64,000 nucleotides of DNA from an uncultured Desulfosarcina sp. (GTDB taxonomy: Bacteria; Desulfobacterota; Desulfobacteria; Desulfobacterales; Desulfosarcinaceae). The notes beneath the pieces are model-generated. The model had not been told where the DNA came from, did not search any database, and saw only the letters and a program-made list of their open reading frames with translations. The translations under genes and the position numbers were made by a program. The DNA lies in NCBI GenBank assembly GCA_963674945.2, contig CAXXWQ010000003.1, positions 1,600,001 through 1,664,000 of the forward strand. The letters run 5' to 3'. Below are positions 27,410 through 37,487 of this stretch, one piece after another (the stretch's first letter is position 1; each line of letters opens with the position of its first letter).

Positions 27410-29017
27410 ATGAGCAATTTCAATTCACCCGATGGCATTCTGGTCACCGGGCCGGTCACCGTTGAATACGAACAGATACTGACACCCGATGCACTGACCT
27501 TCGTCCGCGACCTTTCCCGGACATTCGAGACGCGGCGAAGGGAACTGATGGCACGAAGGGAGGACAGACAGGCAGACATCGATGCCGGCAAGCTGCCCGA
27601 TTTTTTGCCTGAGACGAAAAAAATCCGCGATGGCGACTGGAAGGTCGCACCGGTTCCACCCGACCTCATGGACCGCCGCGTGGAGATTACCGGCCCTGTG
27701 GACCGAAAGATGGTGATCAACGCGCTCAATTCCGGCGCAAAGACCTACATGGCCGATTTCGAAGACAGCCACAGCCCCACCTGGACCAACACCATGGACG
27801 GCCAGATCAACCTTCGTGATGCAGTCAACCGGGCCATCGAATTCACCAGCCCGGAAGGCAAAGTCTATCGCCTCAACGGTCGAACCGCCACCCTCATCGT
27901 TCGCCCCAGGGGCTGGCATCTCGTGGAAAAACACGTAGCCGTGGACGGACAGCCCGTATCGGGCAGCCTTTTTGACTTCGGTCTCTTCTTTTTCCACAAC
28001 GCGGCAAATCTCGTCCGGCGGAAAAGCGGACCCTATTTCTACCTTCCCAAGATGGAGAGTCATCTGGAGGCGCGGCTCTGGAACGATGTCTTCGTCGCCG
28101 CACAAAAGGCCCTGGGGATTGCCACGGGTACCATCAAAGCCACGGTGCTGATCGAAACCATCATGGCCGCCTTCGAGATGGAAGAGATCCTCCATGAACT
28201 CAAGGAACACAGCGCAGGCCTGAACTGCGGACGCTGGGACTATATCTTCAGCTTCATCAAACGCTTTAAAAAGGTTCCCGGATATCTCTTTCCGGACCGG
28301 GCCCAAATCACCATGACCCGCCACTGCATGCACGCCTACTCCCTTCTGGCCATTCAGACCTGCCACCGACGCGGAGCCCATGCCATCGGCGGTATGGCCG
28401 CCCAGATTCCCATCAAGGAGGATCCGGACAAGAACCGCGAGGCCCTGGAAAAGGTCCGTGCCGACAAAACACGGGAGGCCACCGACGGTCATGACGGCAC
28501 CTGGGTTGCCCATCCGGGCCTGGTACCCATCGCCATGGAGGAATTCGACAAGGCCATGCCGAACCCGAATCAGATCGATCGCCTGAGAGAAGACGTCCGC
28601 ATCACCGCGGCGGATCTTTTGAAGTTGCCCGAGGGGACCATCACCGAATCGGGCATGCGCACCAACATCAGCGTGGGCGTCCAGTATATGGCAAACTGGT
28701 TGGATGGCTTGGGTTGTGTTCCCCTCTACCATCTGATGGAGGACGCCGCCACCGCGGAGATCTCACGGGCGCAGCTGTGGCAGTGGGTCCACAGCGATGA
28801 TGCGGCCCTGGACGACGGAAGGACGATCACGCTGGACCTGTTTCGCACCATGCAACAGGAAGAGTTGGCGAAGATCGAACAAGAGGTGGGCAAGGCCGTT
28901 TTCGATAAAGTCCCCTATGGCCGTGCCGCAGAACTGTTCGAAGAGATCATCGCCGCCGACCAGTTGGCCGAGTTCTTGACGACAGTCGCATATGAACACC
29001 TAAAAGAACCCGTTTAA
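27410..29017 (+). CDS. aceB: Malate synthase A
   Basis: DRRVEITGP, ADFEDS, VRPRGWH, GLNCGRWDYIFS and LMEDAATAEISR motifs; AGGAGG RBS. Confidence 0.96.
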   Translation: MSNFNSPDGILVTGPVTVEYEQILTPDALTFVRDLSRTFETRRRELMARREDRQADIDAGKLPDFLPETKKIRDGDWKVAPVPPDLMDRRVEITGPVDRKMVINALNSGAKTYMADFEDSHSPTWTNTMDGQINLRDAVNRAIEFTSPEGKVYRLNGRTATLIVRPRGWHLVEKHVAVDGQPVSGSLFDFGLFFFHNAANLVRRKSGPYFYLPKMESHLEARLWNDVFVAAQKALGIATGTIKATVLIETIMAAFEMEEILHELKEHSAGLNCGRWDYIFSFIKRFKKVPGYLFPDRAQITMTRHCMHAYSLLAIQTCHRRGAHAIGGMAAQIPIKEDPDKNREALEKVRADKTREATDGHDGTWVAHPGLVPIAMEEFDKAMPNPNQIDRLREDVRITAADLLKLPEGTITESGMRTNISVGVQYMANWLDGLGCVPLYHLMEDAATAEISRAQLWQWVHSDDAALDDGRTITLDLFRTMQQEELAKIEQEVGKAVFDKVPYGRAAELFEEIIAADQLAEFLTTVAYEHLKEPV

Positions 29018-29060
29018 AAACGCCGCCGAAGGCCCGTTACCGGCGTTTTCAAACGGATTC
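29006..29060 (+). other. Intercistronic stem-loop of about 20 bp between aceB and aceA
   Basis: GAACCCGTTTAAAAACGCCG pairs with CGGCGTTTTCAAACGGATTC (2 mismatches). Confidence 0.6.
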
Positions 29061-29091
29061 TTTCCTTCAATAAAGACAAACGGGAGGAAAA

Positions 29092-30429
29092 ATGAAAACC
29101 ATCGAAGAAAAAGCCGAAGAGATTTGTGATCGACTCACATGCCATGAAGTCGTACCGGATGAAAGGGAGGGGTTGGCGGCGCACTGGGCAAATGACCCAC
29201 GGTGGGAAGGAATCGTTCGCCCCTATTCGGCCGAGGACGTACTGAAACTTCGCGGCAATCTGACCGTGGAATATACCTTTGCCAGAATCGGCGCCGAACG
29301 CCTGTGGTACCTGATCAACCATGAGGACTACGTAGCGGCCCTGGGGGCACTTACGGGAAATCAGGCGGTCCAGCAGGTGGAAGCCGGCCTGCTGGCCATC
29401 TACCTGAGCGGTTGGCAGGTCGCCGCCGACGCCAATCTGGCCGGAGAGATGTATCCCGATCAGAGCCTGTATCCCTCCAACAGTGTTCCGGCCGTGGTCC
29501 GGCGCATCAACAATGCCCTTCGCCGGGCAGATCAGGTGCAGGTCCTCGATGGCAGGAAACGGGGACCTTACTGGTTCGCCCCCATCGTGGCCGATGCCGA
29601 GGCCGGATTCGGAGGCCCGCTCAACGCCTTCGAACTGATGAAGCAGATGATCGAAGCAGGCGCCGCCGGCGTTCACTTCGAGGACCAACTCTCGTCCGCG
29701 AAAAAATGCGGACACATGGGCGGCAAGGTGCTTGTCCCCACCCAGGAAGCCGTTGCCAAGCTTATCGCGGCCCGACTCGCGGCAGACGTTTGTGGCGTTC
29801 CCACCATCATCCTGGCACGCACCGACGCCGACGCGGCAAAACTGCTCACCAGTGATATCGACGAGCGGGATCGTCCGTTCATTCTCGATCAGCCACGGTC
29901 CAGCGAAGGATTCTTCTACATACAGAACGGAGTGGAGACCGCCATCGCGCGGGGTCTGGCCTACGCTCCCTATGCAGACATGATCTGGTGCGAGACATCC
30001 AAACCCGACCTGGACCAGGCAAAACGTTTCGCCGAAGGCATTCACGAAAAGTTTCCCGGAAAGCTTCTCGCCTACAATTGCTCCCCTTCGTTCAACTGGA
30101 AGGCCAATCTCGATGACACCACCATCACCAAATTCCAGCGGGAACTCGGCGCCATGGGATACAAATTCCAGTTCGTCACCCTGGCAGGATTCCATGCCCT
30201 GAATCTGGGAATGTTCGACCTGGCCTTGAACTATCGGAAGACCGGCATGTTGGCCTACTCGCGATTTCAGGAAGAGGAGTTTCGTTTCGGCAAGGAGGAT
30301 GGCTATATGGCCACCACTCATCAGAAATTCGTGGGGGCCGGTTATTTCGATCGGTTAATGGATACCATCAGCAGTGGCCTGTCTTCGGTGGGGGCCATGT
30401 CAGGCAGCACGGAGGAAGATCAGTTTTAG
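29092..30429 (+). CDS. aceA: Isocitrate lyase
   Basis: [30 protein letters not shown] signature and [10 protein letters not shown]. Confidence 0.97.
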   Translation: MKTIEEKAEEICDRLTCHEVVPDEREGLAAHWANDPRWEGIVRPYSAEDVLKLRGNLTVEYTFARIGAERLWYLINHEDYVAALGALTGNQAVQQVEAGLLAIYLSGWQVAADANLAGEMYPDQSLYPSNSVPAVVRRINNALRRADQVQVLDGRKRGPYWFAPIVADAEAGFGGPLNAFELMKQMIEAGAAGVHFEDQLSSAKKCGHMGGKVLVPTQEAVAKLIAARLAADVCGVPTIILARTDADAAKLLTSDIDERDRPFILDQPRSSEGFFYIQNGVETAIARGLAYAPYADMIWCETSKPDLDQAKRFAEGIHEKFPGKLLAYNCSPSFNWKANLDDTTITKFQRELGAMGYKFQFVTLAGFHALNLGMFDLALNYRKTGMLAYSRFQEEEFRFGKEDGYMATTHQKFVGAGYFDRLMDTISSGLSSVGAMSGSTEEDQF

Positions 30430-30465
30430 AAGATCGTTTCATCTTTCAAACGATATAAAAAATAG

Positions 30466-30498
30466 AAAAGGGAAATCGTATAAACGGTTTCCCTTTTT
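30466..30498. terminator. Bidirectional intrinsic terminator after aceA
   Basis: AAAAGGGAAATCGT-ATAA-ACGGTTTCCCTTTTT between convergent genes. Confidence 0.75.
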
Positions 30499-30510
30499 AT
30501 CTTTTTCCCT

Positions 30511-30654
30511 TCAAGAAACCATACAACCACATGAACATCGGTTGTTGTTCATCTGGCAAACCGAATCGTGCTCTTTGCCTTTCATGCAATCGTCGTAAAG
30601 TTTCTCGCAGTTCCTGAAACATTTTCTTTTATCCTTGTTTTCTTTACGGCTCAT
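30511..30654 (-). CDS. Small cysteine-rich protein, 47 aa with 7 Cys
   Basis: GGAGG RBS 6 nt before ATG; MSRKENKDKRKCFRNCEKLYDDCMKGKEHDSVCQMNNNRCSCGCMVS; ends next to a terminator. Confidence 0.7.
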   Translation of the reverse strand: MSRKENKDKRKCFRNCEKLYDDCMKGKEHDSVCQMNNNRCSCGCMVS

Positions 30655-30903
30655 TGTACGCCTCCAGTATAATAAAAAGTGGTTCCGTAGAATCAAATGT
30701 GAAGACGATTCTATTACCAACTTTTTGTAAAATAATCATCGGTCGGAAAAACACCATGAGTGTATTTTTACCGTCGTAAAAAGATGGTATTTTTAAAATT
30801 AAAAAACAATATATTATAACTTGCTTTTTTATCTAAAATGCCAATAATGGTCAGTATTATCGTGTACGACAACGATTCATCATCTATTGCAAAGGAGAAT
30901 TGA

Positions 30904-31233
30904 ATGCCGGCAAAGAAAAAAGTAAACGGTGCCAAATTGATTCAAATGGTAGAAAACGGAACCCATCAACGGGAGATCATGAAAGCGTTCAAGTTTAATA
31001 CAACCGCCCAACTAAAGAGCCATTTGTTGGATGCACTCACCAATGCCGGTAAGGCACCGCAAATAAAAGCCGGTAGAGGAAAGAAAGCGGCTTCCGAAAC
31101 AAAAGAGGTTCTTGTCAGAAAAAGTGGTAGCGTGATCATTCCCAAGTCCATGATTGAAACCATGGAGTTTTCCCAAGGGGATAAGTTCATCGTCAGAAAA
31201 ACGAAATCGGGAATCTCATTGCGGAAGGTGTAA
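30904..31233 (+). CDS. AbrB/MazE/SpoVT-like DNA-binding protein
   Basis: C-terminal VRKSGSVIIPKSMIE...GDKF.V......ISL swapped-hairpin pattern; AAGGAG RBS. Confidence 0.75.
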   Translation: MPAKKKVNGAKLIQMVENGTHQREIMKAFKFNTTAQLKSHLLDALTNAGKAPQIKAGRGKKAASETKEVLVRKSGSVIIPKSMIETMEFSQGDKFIVRKTKSGISLRKV

Positions 31234-31311
31234 AGAAAACTTTTTTGCTCCAACAAAGAATATAAAACGGCTTTATTTTACCGTCTTCTTTTCAAAAAGA
31301 ATCAAAGAAAA

Positions 31312-32232
31312 TCATAACATCTCCGGTGTAAATGAAACAACACGATCGATGGATGCCGAATCGGTAAAAAGCATTGCCAGTCGATCGATTCCCAGGGCAT
31401 TTCCCGCCGCCGCGGGCATTTCGGAAAGTTCCCGAAGAAACGGCTCGGCGGTGGGATATTTCTTCTTTCCCGTAGCCATTCGGCGCTGGTTTTCCATCTC
31501 GAAACGATACCGCTGTTCTTCTGGGTCGGTCAACTCGCTAAAGGCGTTACACAGTTCGATGCCGGCAATGTAGAGTTCGAACCGCTCTGCAACGTTGGAA
31601 TTTTCGGGTTTGCACCGTGCCAATGCGCCGCACCGGGCCGGGTAATCGTAAAGGAAAATGGGCTTTCGCAGACCGAGGGTGGGTTCGATATGGACTCCCA
31701 TGATCTCGTCGAAGAGATCTTCTTGCAACGCCTTTTCCGCCGTCATCTCACCGTGGCGGACGAATGCTTCGGAAACGGTGAGTCGTTCGAAGGGGGGCGT
31801 CAGATCGATCCTGTGGCCCTGGTAGGTCAAGTATCGGCCGATCCCCAATCGATCCGCGATGAACCGAATGAGTTGTTCACACTGCACCATCATGTCCTGG
31901 TAATCAAAGCCCGCCACATACCACTCCAGCAGCGTCATCTCCGGCAGGTGAAATCTTCCACGCTCCCCTTTTCTGAAGCACCGGCAGATCTGAAAAATCT
32001 TTTCGTACCCGGAACAAAGCAGCCGTTTCATGCAAAGTTCGGGAGACGTCTGCAGAAACCATGACCCCGACTCCTGGGCATCGATATGGAGTTCGGGTGC
32101 CGGTGCGGGGATACGAATCGGTGTCTCAACCTCCAGAAATCCCTGGTCCGAGAAAAAAGCCCGAATGGTTTCGATCATCCGGGCCCTTTTCCTTAAATGA
32201 AACAGACTGGCGCTATGCGGAGAAAATCCCAT
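31312..32232 (-). CDS. epmA: EF-P lysine aminoacylase EpmA/GenX
   Basis: FLEVETP, LQTSPEL.MKRLL, AERFELYI.G.ELCN and ALGIDRL; LysRS catalytic core without anticodon domain. Confidence 0.92.
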   Translation of the reverse strand: MGFSPHSASLFHLRKRARMIETIRAFFSDQGFLEVETPIRIPAPAPELHIDAQESGSWFLQTSPELCMKRLLCSGYEKIFQICRCFRKGERGRFHLPEMTLLEWYVAGFDYQDMMVQCEQLIRFIADRLGIGRYLTYQGHRIDLTPPFERLTVSEAFVRHGEMTAEKALQEDLFDEIMGVHIEPTLGLRKPIFLYDYPARCGALARCKPENSNVAERFELYIAGIELCNAFSELTDPEEQRYRFEMENQRRMATGKKKYPTAEPFLRELSEMPAAAGNALGIDRLAMLFTDSASIDRVVSFTPEML

Positions 32233-32244
32233 GAGTCTTTGATA

Positions 32245-33567
32245 TCAGGCAGGTCCTGCTTTCTCCTCGATGATGTCCGAGACGCGATCCTGGAGATACA
32301 CCTTATGGTATTGATCCAAATCGGCCTCCTCATACCAGTTTCGTCCCTGTTCCCTGCAGGCCGGACAAGCATTTCTAGGGATGTGAACGGCTAGAATGTG
32401 CTTCATTCGCTGGGCGAAGGAATCGATCCGCAGGGCACCTCCGCATGCTTCACACACCCGGATCGTCTCCTGCTGGTGTTCACTGATGTTGTCCGTATCG
32501 TAGTAAATGTAACGATTGCGTTTCAAAAAGTCGTGACCTTTTCGGGTGAGTTCTCCCAGTTTCTGTCTCGAGTCCCATATCTCCATCACCTTCTCACAGG
32601 TCTTCTCTACAATCGACGTCACCTGCGGCGACTGGCGAATCCTGACGGGATCGTAATCCGGCTCTTTGAGATGACTGTAGTCCATTCCTGCCATGGCCAG
32701 GATAATGCCGGTATTGACATATGGAAGCGCCCCTTCTATGGCATACCCCCCCTCGAGGACTGCGATGTCGGCTTTGAGTAAGGAGGTGAGTTCCGCATAT
32801 CCCTGGGCCGAGAAGTTCATGTTGGTGATGGGGTCCGAGTAGTGGTTGTCCTGCCCGGCGGAGTTGATGACGATTTCCGGTTTGAACGCATCCAAAATGG
32901 GAAGCACCGCATTTCGAATCACATGCAGAACCCCCTCTTCCGAAGTGTAAGGAGGCAATGGGATATTGATGGTGGACCCCACGGCATTGGGCCCGCCCAG
33001 TTCGTCGATCGCCCCGGAACCGGGGTACAGGGTTCGACCATCCTGGTGGATGGAGATGAACAAGGTGTCCGGATCATGCCAGTAGATGTCCTGTGTACCG
33101 TCGCCGTGATGACAGTCTGTGTCCACGATGGCGACGCGATTGACGCCGTAGGCCCTTCGAATATACTCGATCATGATGGCTTCGATATTGACGTTGCAAA
33201 ACCCCCTGGCCCCGTGGACTACCCGGTTGGCGTGGTGTCCGGGGGGACGAACCAGCGCGAATCCGTGTTTTACCTGCTTGTCCATCACCGCCATGGCGAT
33301 GGTTTTTGCCCCACCGGCACTGATGAAATGGGATTCCGTCATGACGGCCCAAAGGTCCGGAACGCAAAAGTGAACCCGTTGAACATCCTTTTTGGTGACC
33401 AGATCGGGTTTGTACTCCACCAGACCTTCCACGTCGAGAAGTCCCTCTTCGAATACCTGATCCTGTGTGTAGAGCAAGCGTTCTTCCCGCTCCGGATGGG
33501 TGGGGCTGATCGCCCAGTCAAAAGCGGGAAAGAAGACCAGGCCCATTTTATTCTTTGCACGCAGCAT
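32245..33567 (-). CDS. Histone deacetylase family amidohydrolase
   Basis: HPE, RPPGHHA, GFC, DTDCHHGDGT, SAGQD and LEGGY motifs; C-terminal CxxC...CxxC. Confidence 0.9.
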   Translation of the reverse strand: MLRAKNKMGLVFFPAFDWAISPTHPEREERLLYTQDQVFEEGLLDVEGLVEYKPDLVTKKDVQRVHFCVPDLWAVMTESHFISAGGAKTIAMAVMDKQVKHGFALVRPPGHHANRVVHGARGFCNVNIEAIMIEYIRRAYGVNRVAIVDTDCHHGDGTQDIYWHDPDTLFISIHQDGRTLYPGSGAIDELGGPNAVGSTINIPLPPYTSEEGVLHVIRNAVLPILDAFKPEIVINSAGQDNHYSDPITNMNFSAQGYAELTSLLKADIAVLEGGYAIEGALPYVNTGIILAMAGMDYSHLKEPDYDPVRIRQSPQVTSIVEKTCEKVMEIWDSRQKLGELTRKGHDFLKRNRYIYYDTDNISEHQQETIRVCEACGGALRIDSFAQRMKHILAVHIPRNACPACREQGRNWYEEADLDQYHKVYLQDRVSDIIEEKAGPA

Positions 33568-33596
33568 GATAATCGGCTCCGATGATTGGTTCGAGA

Positions 33597-35291
33597 TTAC
33601 ACCGGATCTTCATCCATGAGCTTTTCCACGATAGTATCGTACCCATGGATCAATCCTGGTTTGACCTGTGCCTGAATACGGATATTTTTTCCCGTGGTAC
33701 GAAATCCACGAACCATATTAAAAGAGAAGGCTTCGACGACCTCCAGTTCCAGGTGGTCGGGGTTCGCCCCACGGGCGATGGCCTTTTTGCGAAGAAGTTC
33801 CAACGTGGTCCGGATGGCATCGTCTTTCGTATAATTGACTGGGATGCTCGATCGAAAATTCTCTTCAGGTGCGGTGGCGATCTGTTTCTGTGTGTCGGCG
33901 AGGAAAACCACTTCGCTGGTGGTCCGCGCCAAACCGGCGCCGATGGCATTGGCCACACCCCAGCGGGGAATCACCTCCACGCGGCTGTCGCTGACACGGG
34001 AAAGCCCCTTGGCAAACCAGGGAGCCGGCCCGCCCAACACCAGGATATGACGGGGTTCCAATCGATGGCCTTCCCACACCTCGTGGACCGTATAGACGGG
34101 TTTGGCATTGACCTGATCGACCATGGATTGGGCCTCTTCCAGGATGGTCCGGCAGGTCTGGTCGAAAATCTGCTGTGCGGCATCCTGTACTCGAATCCCG
34201 AGCGCCTCGGCAACTTGTCCGATTCCCGACCGGGCCCTCTCCACATCGCCTCCTTGCCCGTCTCCCAAAACGAAGATGGCATCGGTAGGTGTCGGTACTG
34301 TTCCACCGAAAGCCATGGCATTGCCCTGTCGATCCGGGCCGATCAGAATCCTGCCGCCTTTCACCCGAACATGACTGTCGCCGCCGATACCGATGGAGAC
34401 TGTCGTCAGGGCACGAATCAGCGTTTTATGGTCACCGATCTGGATTCCCATGGGATCGAGCAGGGGGACGCCGTTGACGAGGATGGCCATGTCCGTGGTG
34501 GTGCCACCGATATCCAGCACCAGGCAGGTATCCTCTTTGGGTGCGAAGGCAACGGATCCCATGACACTGGCAGCGGGTCCGGACAAAACCGTTTGGGCAG
34601 GATATTCAATGGATGCGTCGAAGCGAACGTTACCGCCATCGGGTTTGAGGATGCGAATGGGTACACTCAGTCCCTTTTGGGTCAAGGAGTCGTTTACGGC
34701 TTCGAAAAACTTCTTGTGGATCGGATAGACCGATGCGTTGAGGAAGGTGGTGGCGATTCGCCGCGGGAAATTGAGCCCGCCCGAGACCCGATGCCCCATG
34801 AAAACCTTGTTGAACCGATCCCTGATGAGGTTACAGATTGCAACCTCGTGATCGGGGTTGCGGACGGAAAATTTGGTGACCACCCCCACATGTTGAATTC
34901 CTTCGGCCTGAAACGTCTCGGCCACCTTGATCACCTCATCGGCGTCGATGGGCGAAATCTCATTGCCTCGATGGTCGATGGCCCCGGCGACCACTTGATA
35001 ATGAGGCCCCGTGCGGAACAATTCAGGGTCCATTCCGGGCCCGGCTGCGACGATCATGCCCACATCCGGAATCCGCTTTTGCACGATTCGGTTGGTCGTC
35101 AGGGTGGTAGAAAGCACCGCACGTTGGATCTTTGCGGGATCCACACCATCGAGAATCTTTTCCAAACCGGACAATACGGAATGAAAAAGGTCCGCAGCAT
35201 CAGTCGGCACCTTAACCTGCCGCACCAATCCGCCTTGTCCGAGAAGGATCACATCCGTATGTGTACCGCCTACGTCCAGCCCGATAATCAT
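33597..35291 (-). CDS. Hydantoinase/oxoprolinase A family protein
   Basis: GLDVGGTHTD, STTLTTN, LSGPAAS, DIGGTTTD, GIGGDS, PTPTDA and VANAIGA motifs. Confidence 0.9.
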   Translation of the reverse strand: MIIGLDVGGTHTDVILLGQGGLVRQVKVPTDAADLFHSVLSGLEKILDGVDPAKIQRAVLSTTLTTNRIVQKRIPDVGMIVAAGPGMDPELFRTGPHYQVVAGAIDHRGNEISPIDADEVIKVAETFQAEGIQHVGVVTKFSVRNPDHEVAICNLIRDRFNKVFMGHRVSGGLNFPRRIATTFLNASVYPIHKKFFEAVNDSLTQKGLSVPIRILKPDGGNVRFDASIEYPAQTVLSGPAASVMGSVAFAPKEDTCLVLDIGGTTTDMAILVNGVPLLDPMGIQIGDHKTLIRALTTVSIGIGGDSHVRVKGGRILIGPDRQGNAMAFGGTVPTPTDAIFVLGDGQGGDVERARSGIGQVAEALGIRVQDAAQQIFDQTCRTILEEAQSMVDQVNAKPVYTVHEVWEGHRLEPRHILVLGGPAPWFAKGLSRVSDSRVEVIPRWGVANAIGAGLARTTSEVVFLADTQKQIATAPEENFRSSIPVNYTKDDAIRTTLELLRKKAIARGANPDHLELEVVEAFSFNMVRGFRTTGKNIRIQAQVKPGLIHGYDTIVEKLMDEDPV

Positions 35292-35514
35292 GGCACCGTC
35301 CTATGGGGTGGAAAGGGATTATCTTTGCACCTTATTATAGTACGAAAAAGTCGGTTCAGGGTATCCAAAATTGCAGGTTGTGTCAACAAGGCACCCGCTT
35401 GCGTGTACGACAATTCCAGTTGGATCCTGCAGTTTTCGAATTGCGGCCTATTGCCGCAATTTGGAGGTTTTAAAAGGGATGGACGAAGGATTCGTGTCGA
35501 GGGACGGTTCAGAC

Positions 35515-35995
35515 AATCCTTATCGGCAATATAGGCGTAGCCGCCCGATACCGCGACGTCGCGAAGATGCCCCGGAGTATCAACCGATCCAATCACCCCG
35601 GACAGCATCGTAATGGAAAACGATACGAGGCTGTCACCCTCATGAACGGCCTGGATGCAGGAGAGAACCGAATCCCACCCCTGACGCAAATGGTCTTTCT
35701 GGAATAACGGATCCCATGAAGAAAGATCCCGATGATCGATCCGCCCGTCGCCGTCGATATCGGTAGAGAGCAACAAACGGGCACACCGGTCCATCTCGTC
35801 GACGATGGATTGAACCGATTGGCCAATCAGTAATCGATAGCCCACCTGGTTGTACACCAGTTCGGTAAGGACGTTGACCGTAACGTTCCCCTGCTTTAGT
35901 TCGGCACCCGTTGCCACCAGCCGGATAAGGCCGCGGTTTTCGGTTGCCGCGTCGTCGATGACCCCGTCGTCGTCGGCATCGATGTCGTCTCCTTT
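35515..35995 (-). pseudogene. Internal fragment of an LVIVD-repeat / calcium-binding surface protein
   Basis: DIDADDDGVID and DIDGDGRID acidic motifs plus one IGSVDTPG...DVAVSGGYAYIAD repeat; no convincing start, similarity ends abruptly. Confidence 0.6.
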
Positions 35996-36164
35996 TATAC
36001 TGGGTTTTTATAGGAACATATCGTCAGATGTCAATGACTTCAGCATAATGGTGTTGACTATCCATGGAGAACTGGGATAAAAGTGTAGGTTTTCATGAGT
36101 CGATTGCAAGCGGGGCAAATCCCGAAAAAAGGGTTCAAAAGGGATATGGCCGGAAGGTGAGTGA

Positions 36165-37448
36165 ATGATGGGCGCGGCAAATATACAATTGATCAGGGGA
36201 TTTAAGGACATCCTGCCGAACGAGACAGGATTGTGGCAGCACATCGAACGCACCGCCATCGGCATGTTCGAGGATTTCGGCTACCGGGAAATTCGTATTC
36301 CCATCATGGAAAAGACCGACCTGTTTGCCCGGAGCATCGGTGAAGACACCGACATCGTGGAAAAGGAGATGTACACCTTTGCCGACCGCAAAGGCGAGAT
36401 GTTGACCCTTCGGCCCGAGGCCACCGCCTGCATCTGCCGATCCTATATCCAGCACAAAATGTATGCCCAGGACCCCATCCAGAAATTTTACACCATCGGT
36501 CCCATGTTCCGCAGAGAGCGCCCCCAGAAGGGACGCTATCGCCAGTTCTATCAAATCGATGCGGAAATTTTCGGCATCGCATCCCCTTTTGCGGATGTGG
36601 AGCTGATCTTTTTGCTGCACACCCTGTTTGACCGCCTGAAGGTCGTCGACACCACCGCACACGTCAATTCCCTGGGCTGTCCCGATTGCCGCCCCCAGTA
36701 TAAAAAGGCCCTGTCGGGCCTGCTGGACGAAGCGGCACCGTCCCTTTGCAGCGATTGTGCCCGAAGAAAGGATCGAAACCCGCTTCGCGTGCTCGACTGC
36801 AAGGTACCCGGCTGCCGGGAGGCCATGGCCAACGCCCCGTCCATCATCGACCACCTGTGTCCGGCATGCAAGGCCCATTTCGACACGGTCACCCAGGGGC
36901 TGACCGATCTTGGCGTACCCTTTTCCGTAGACAAACAGCTGGTTCGCGGCCTGGACTACTACACCCGGACCGCCTTCGAGATACAGACCGGTGCCTTGGG
37001 TGCCCAGAGCGCCGTTGCAGGGGGAGGTCGATACGATGGCTTGATCCAAGTCCTCGGTGGCCCGAAGGTACCGGCCATCGGATTTGCCATCGGGTTTGAC
37101 CGCCTTACGGAAATCGTTTCCCAAAGTACCACCATCGCGTCTCGAAAACCCGATCTGTTCATCGCCGCCCTGGGTGAATCGGCCCGACGAAAGGCTTTCG
37201 AATGGATGACGGCGCTGTGCCGCAATGGCATCGACACGACCTTTGAATATGAGGAAAAAAGCCTGAAGGCACAGATGAAACGGGCCAATCGCCTTGGTGT
37301 GATGCATGTACTCATCCTAGGCGAAAACGAACTGGCGGAAAAAACGGCGATTCTCCGTGACATGGTCACCCAGGACCAGCAGGAAATCCCCATGGCGGAC
37401 ATGATCGATACCATAACCGACCTTTTCTCCAAACCGGGCGCCGCATGA
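36165..37448 (+). CDS. hisS: Histidyl-tRNA synthetase
   Basis: RGFKD, KEMYTF, LRPEATA, FRRERPQKGRYRQF, LVRGLDYY and GGGRYDGL motifs. Confidence 0.97.
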   Translation: MMGAANIQLIRGFKDILPNETGLWQHIERTAIGMFEDFGYREIRIPIMEKTDLFARSIGEDTDIVEKEMYTFADRKGEMLTLRPEATACICRSYIQHKMYAQDPIQKFYTIGPMFRRERPQKGRYRQFYQIDAEIFGIASPFADVELIFLLHTLFDRLKVVDTTAHVNSLGCPDCRPQYKKALSGLLDEAAPSLCSDCARRKDRNPLRVLDCKVPGCREAMANAPSIIDHLCPACKAHFDTVTQGLTDLGVPFSVDKQLVRGLDYYTRTAFEIQTGALGAQSAVAGGGRYDGLIQVLGGPKVPAIGFAIGFDRLTEIVSQSTTIASRKPDLFIAALGESARRKAFEWMTALCRNGIDTTFEYEEKSLKAQMKRANRLGVMHVLILGENELAEKTAILRDMVTQDQQEIPMADMIDTITDLFSKPGAA

Positions 37449-37487
37449 GGCGATGCCGGGAATGATCGAATTCGAAAGGAGTTTCCA

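Noticed and set aside
27425..35534. Long antisense ORFs such as 27425-28732, 29014-30321 and 33582-35534
   Set aside because: Shadow frames opposite well-supported genes, expected with GC-rich codon usage
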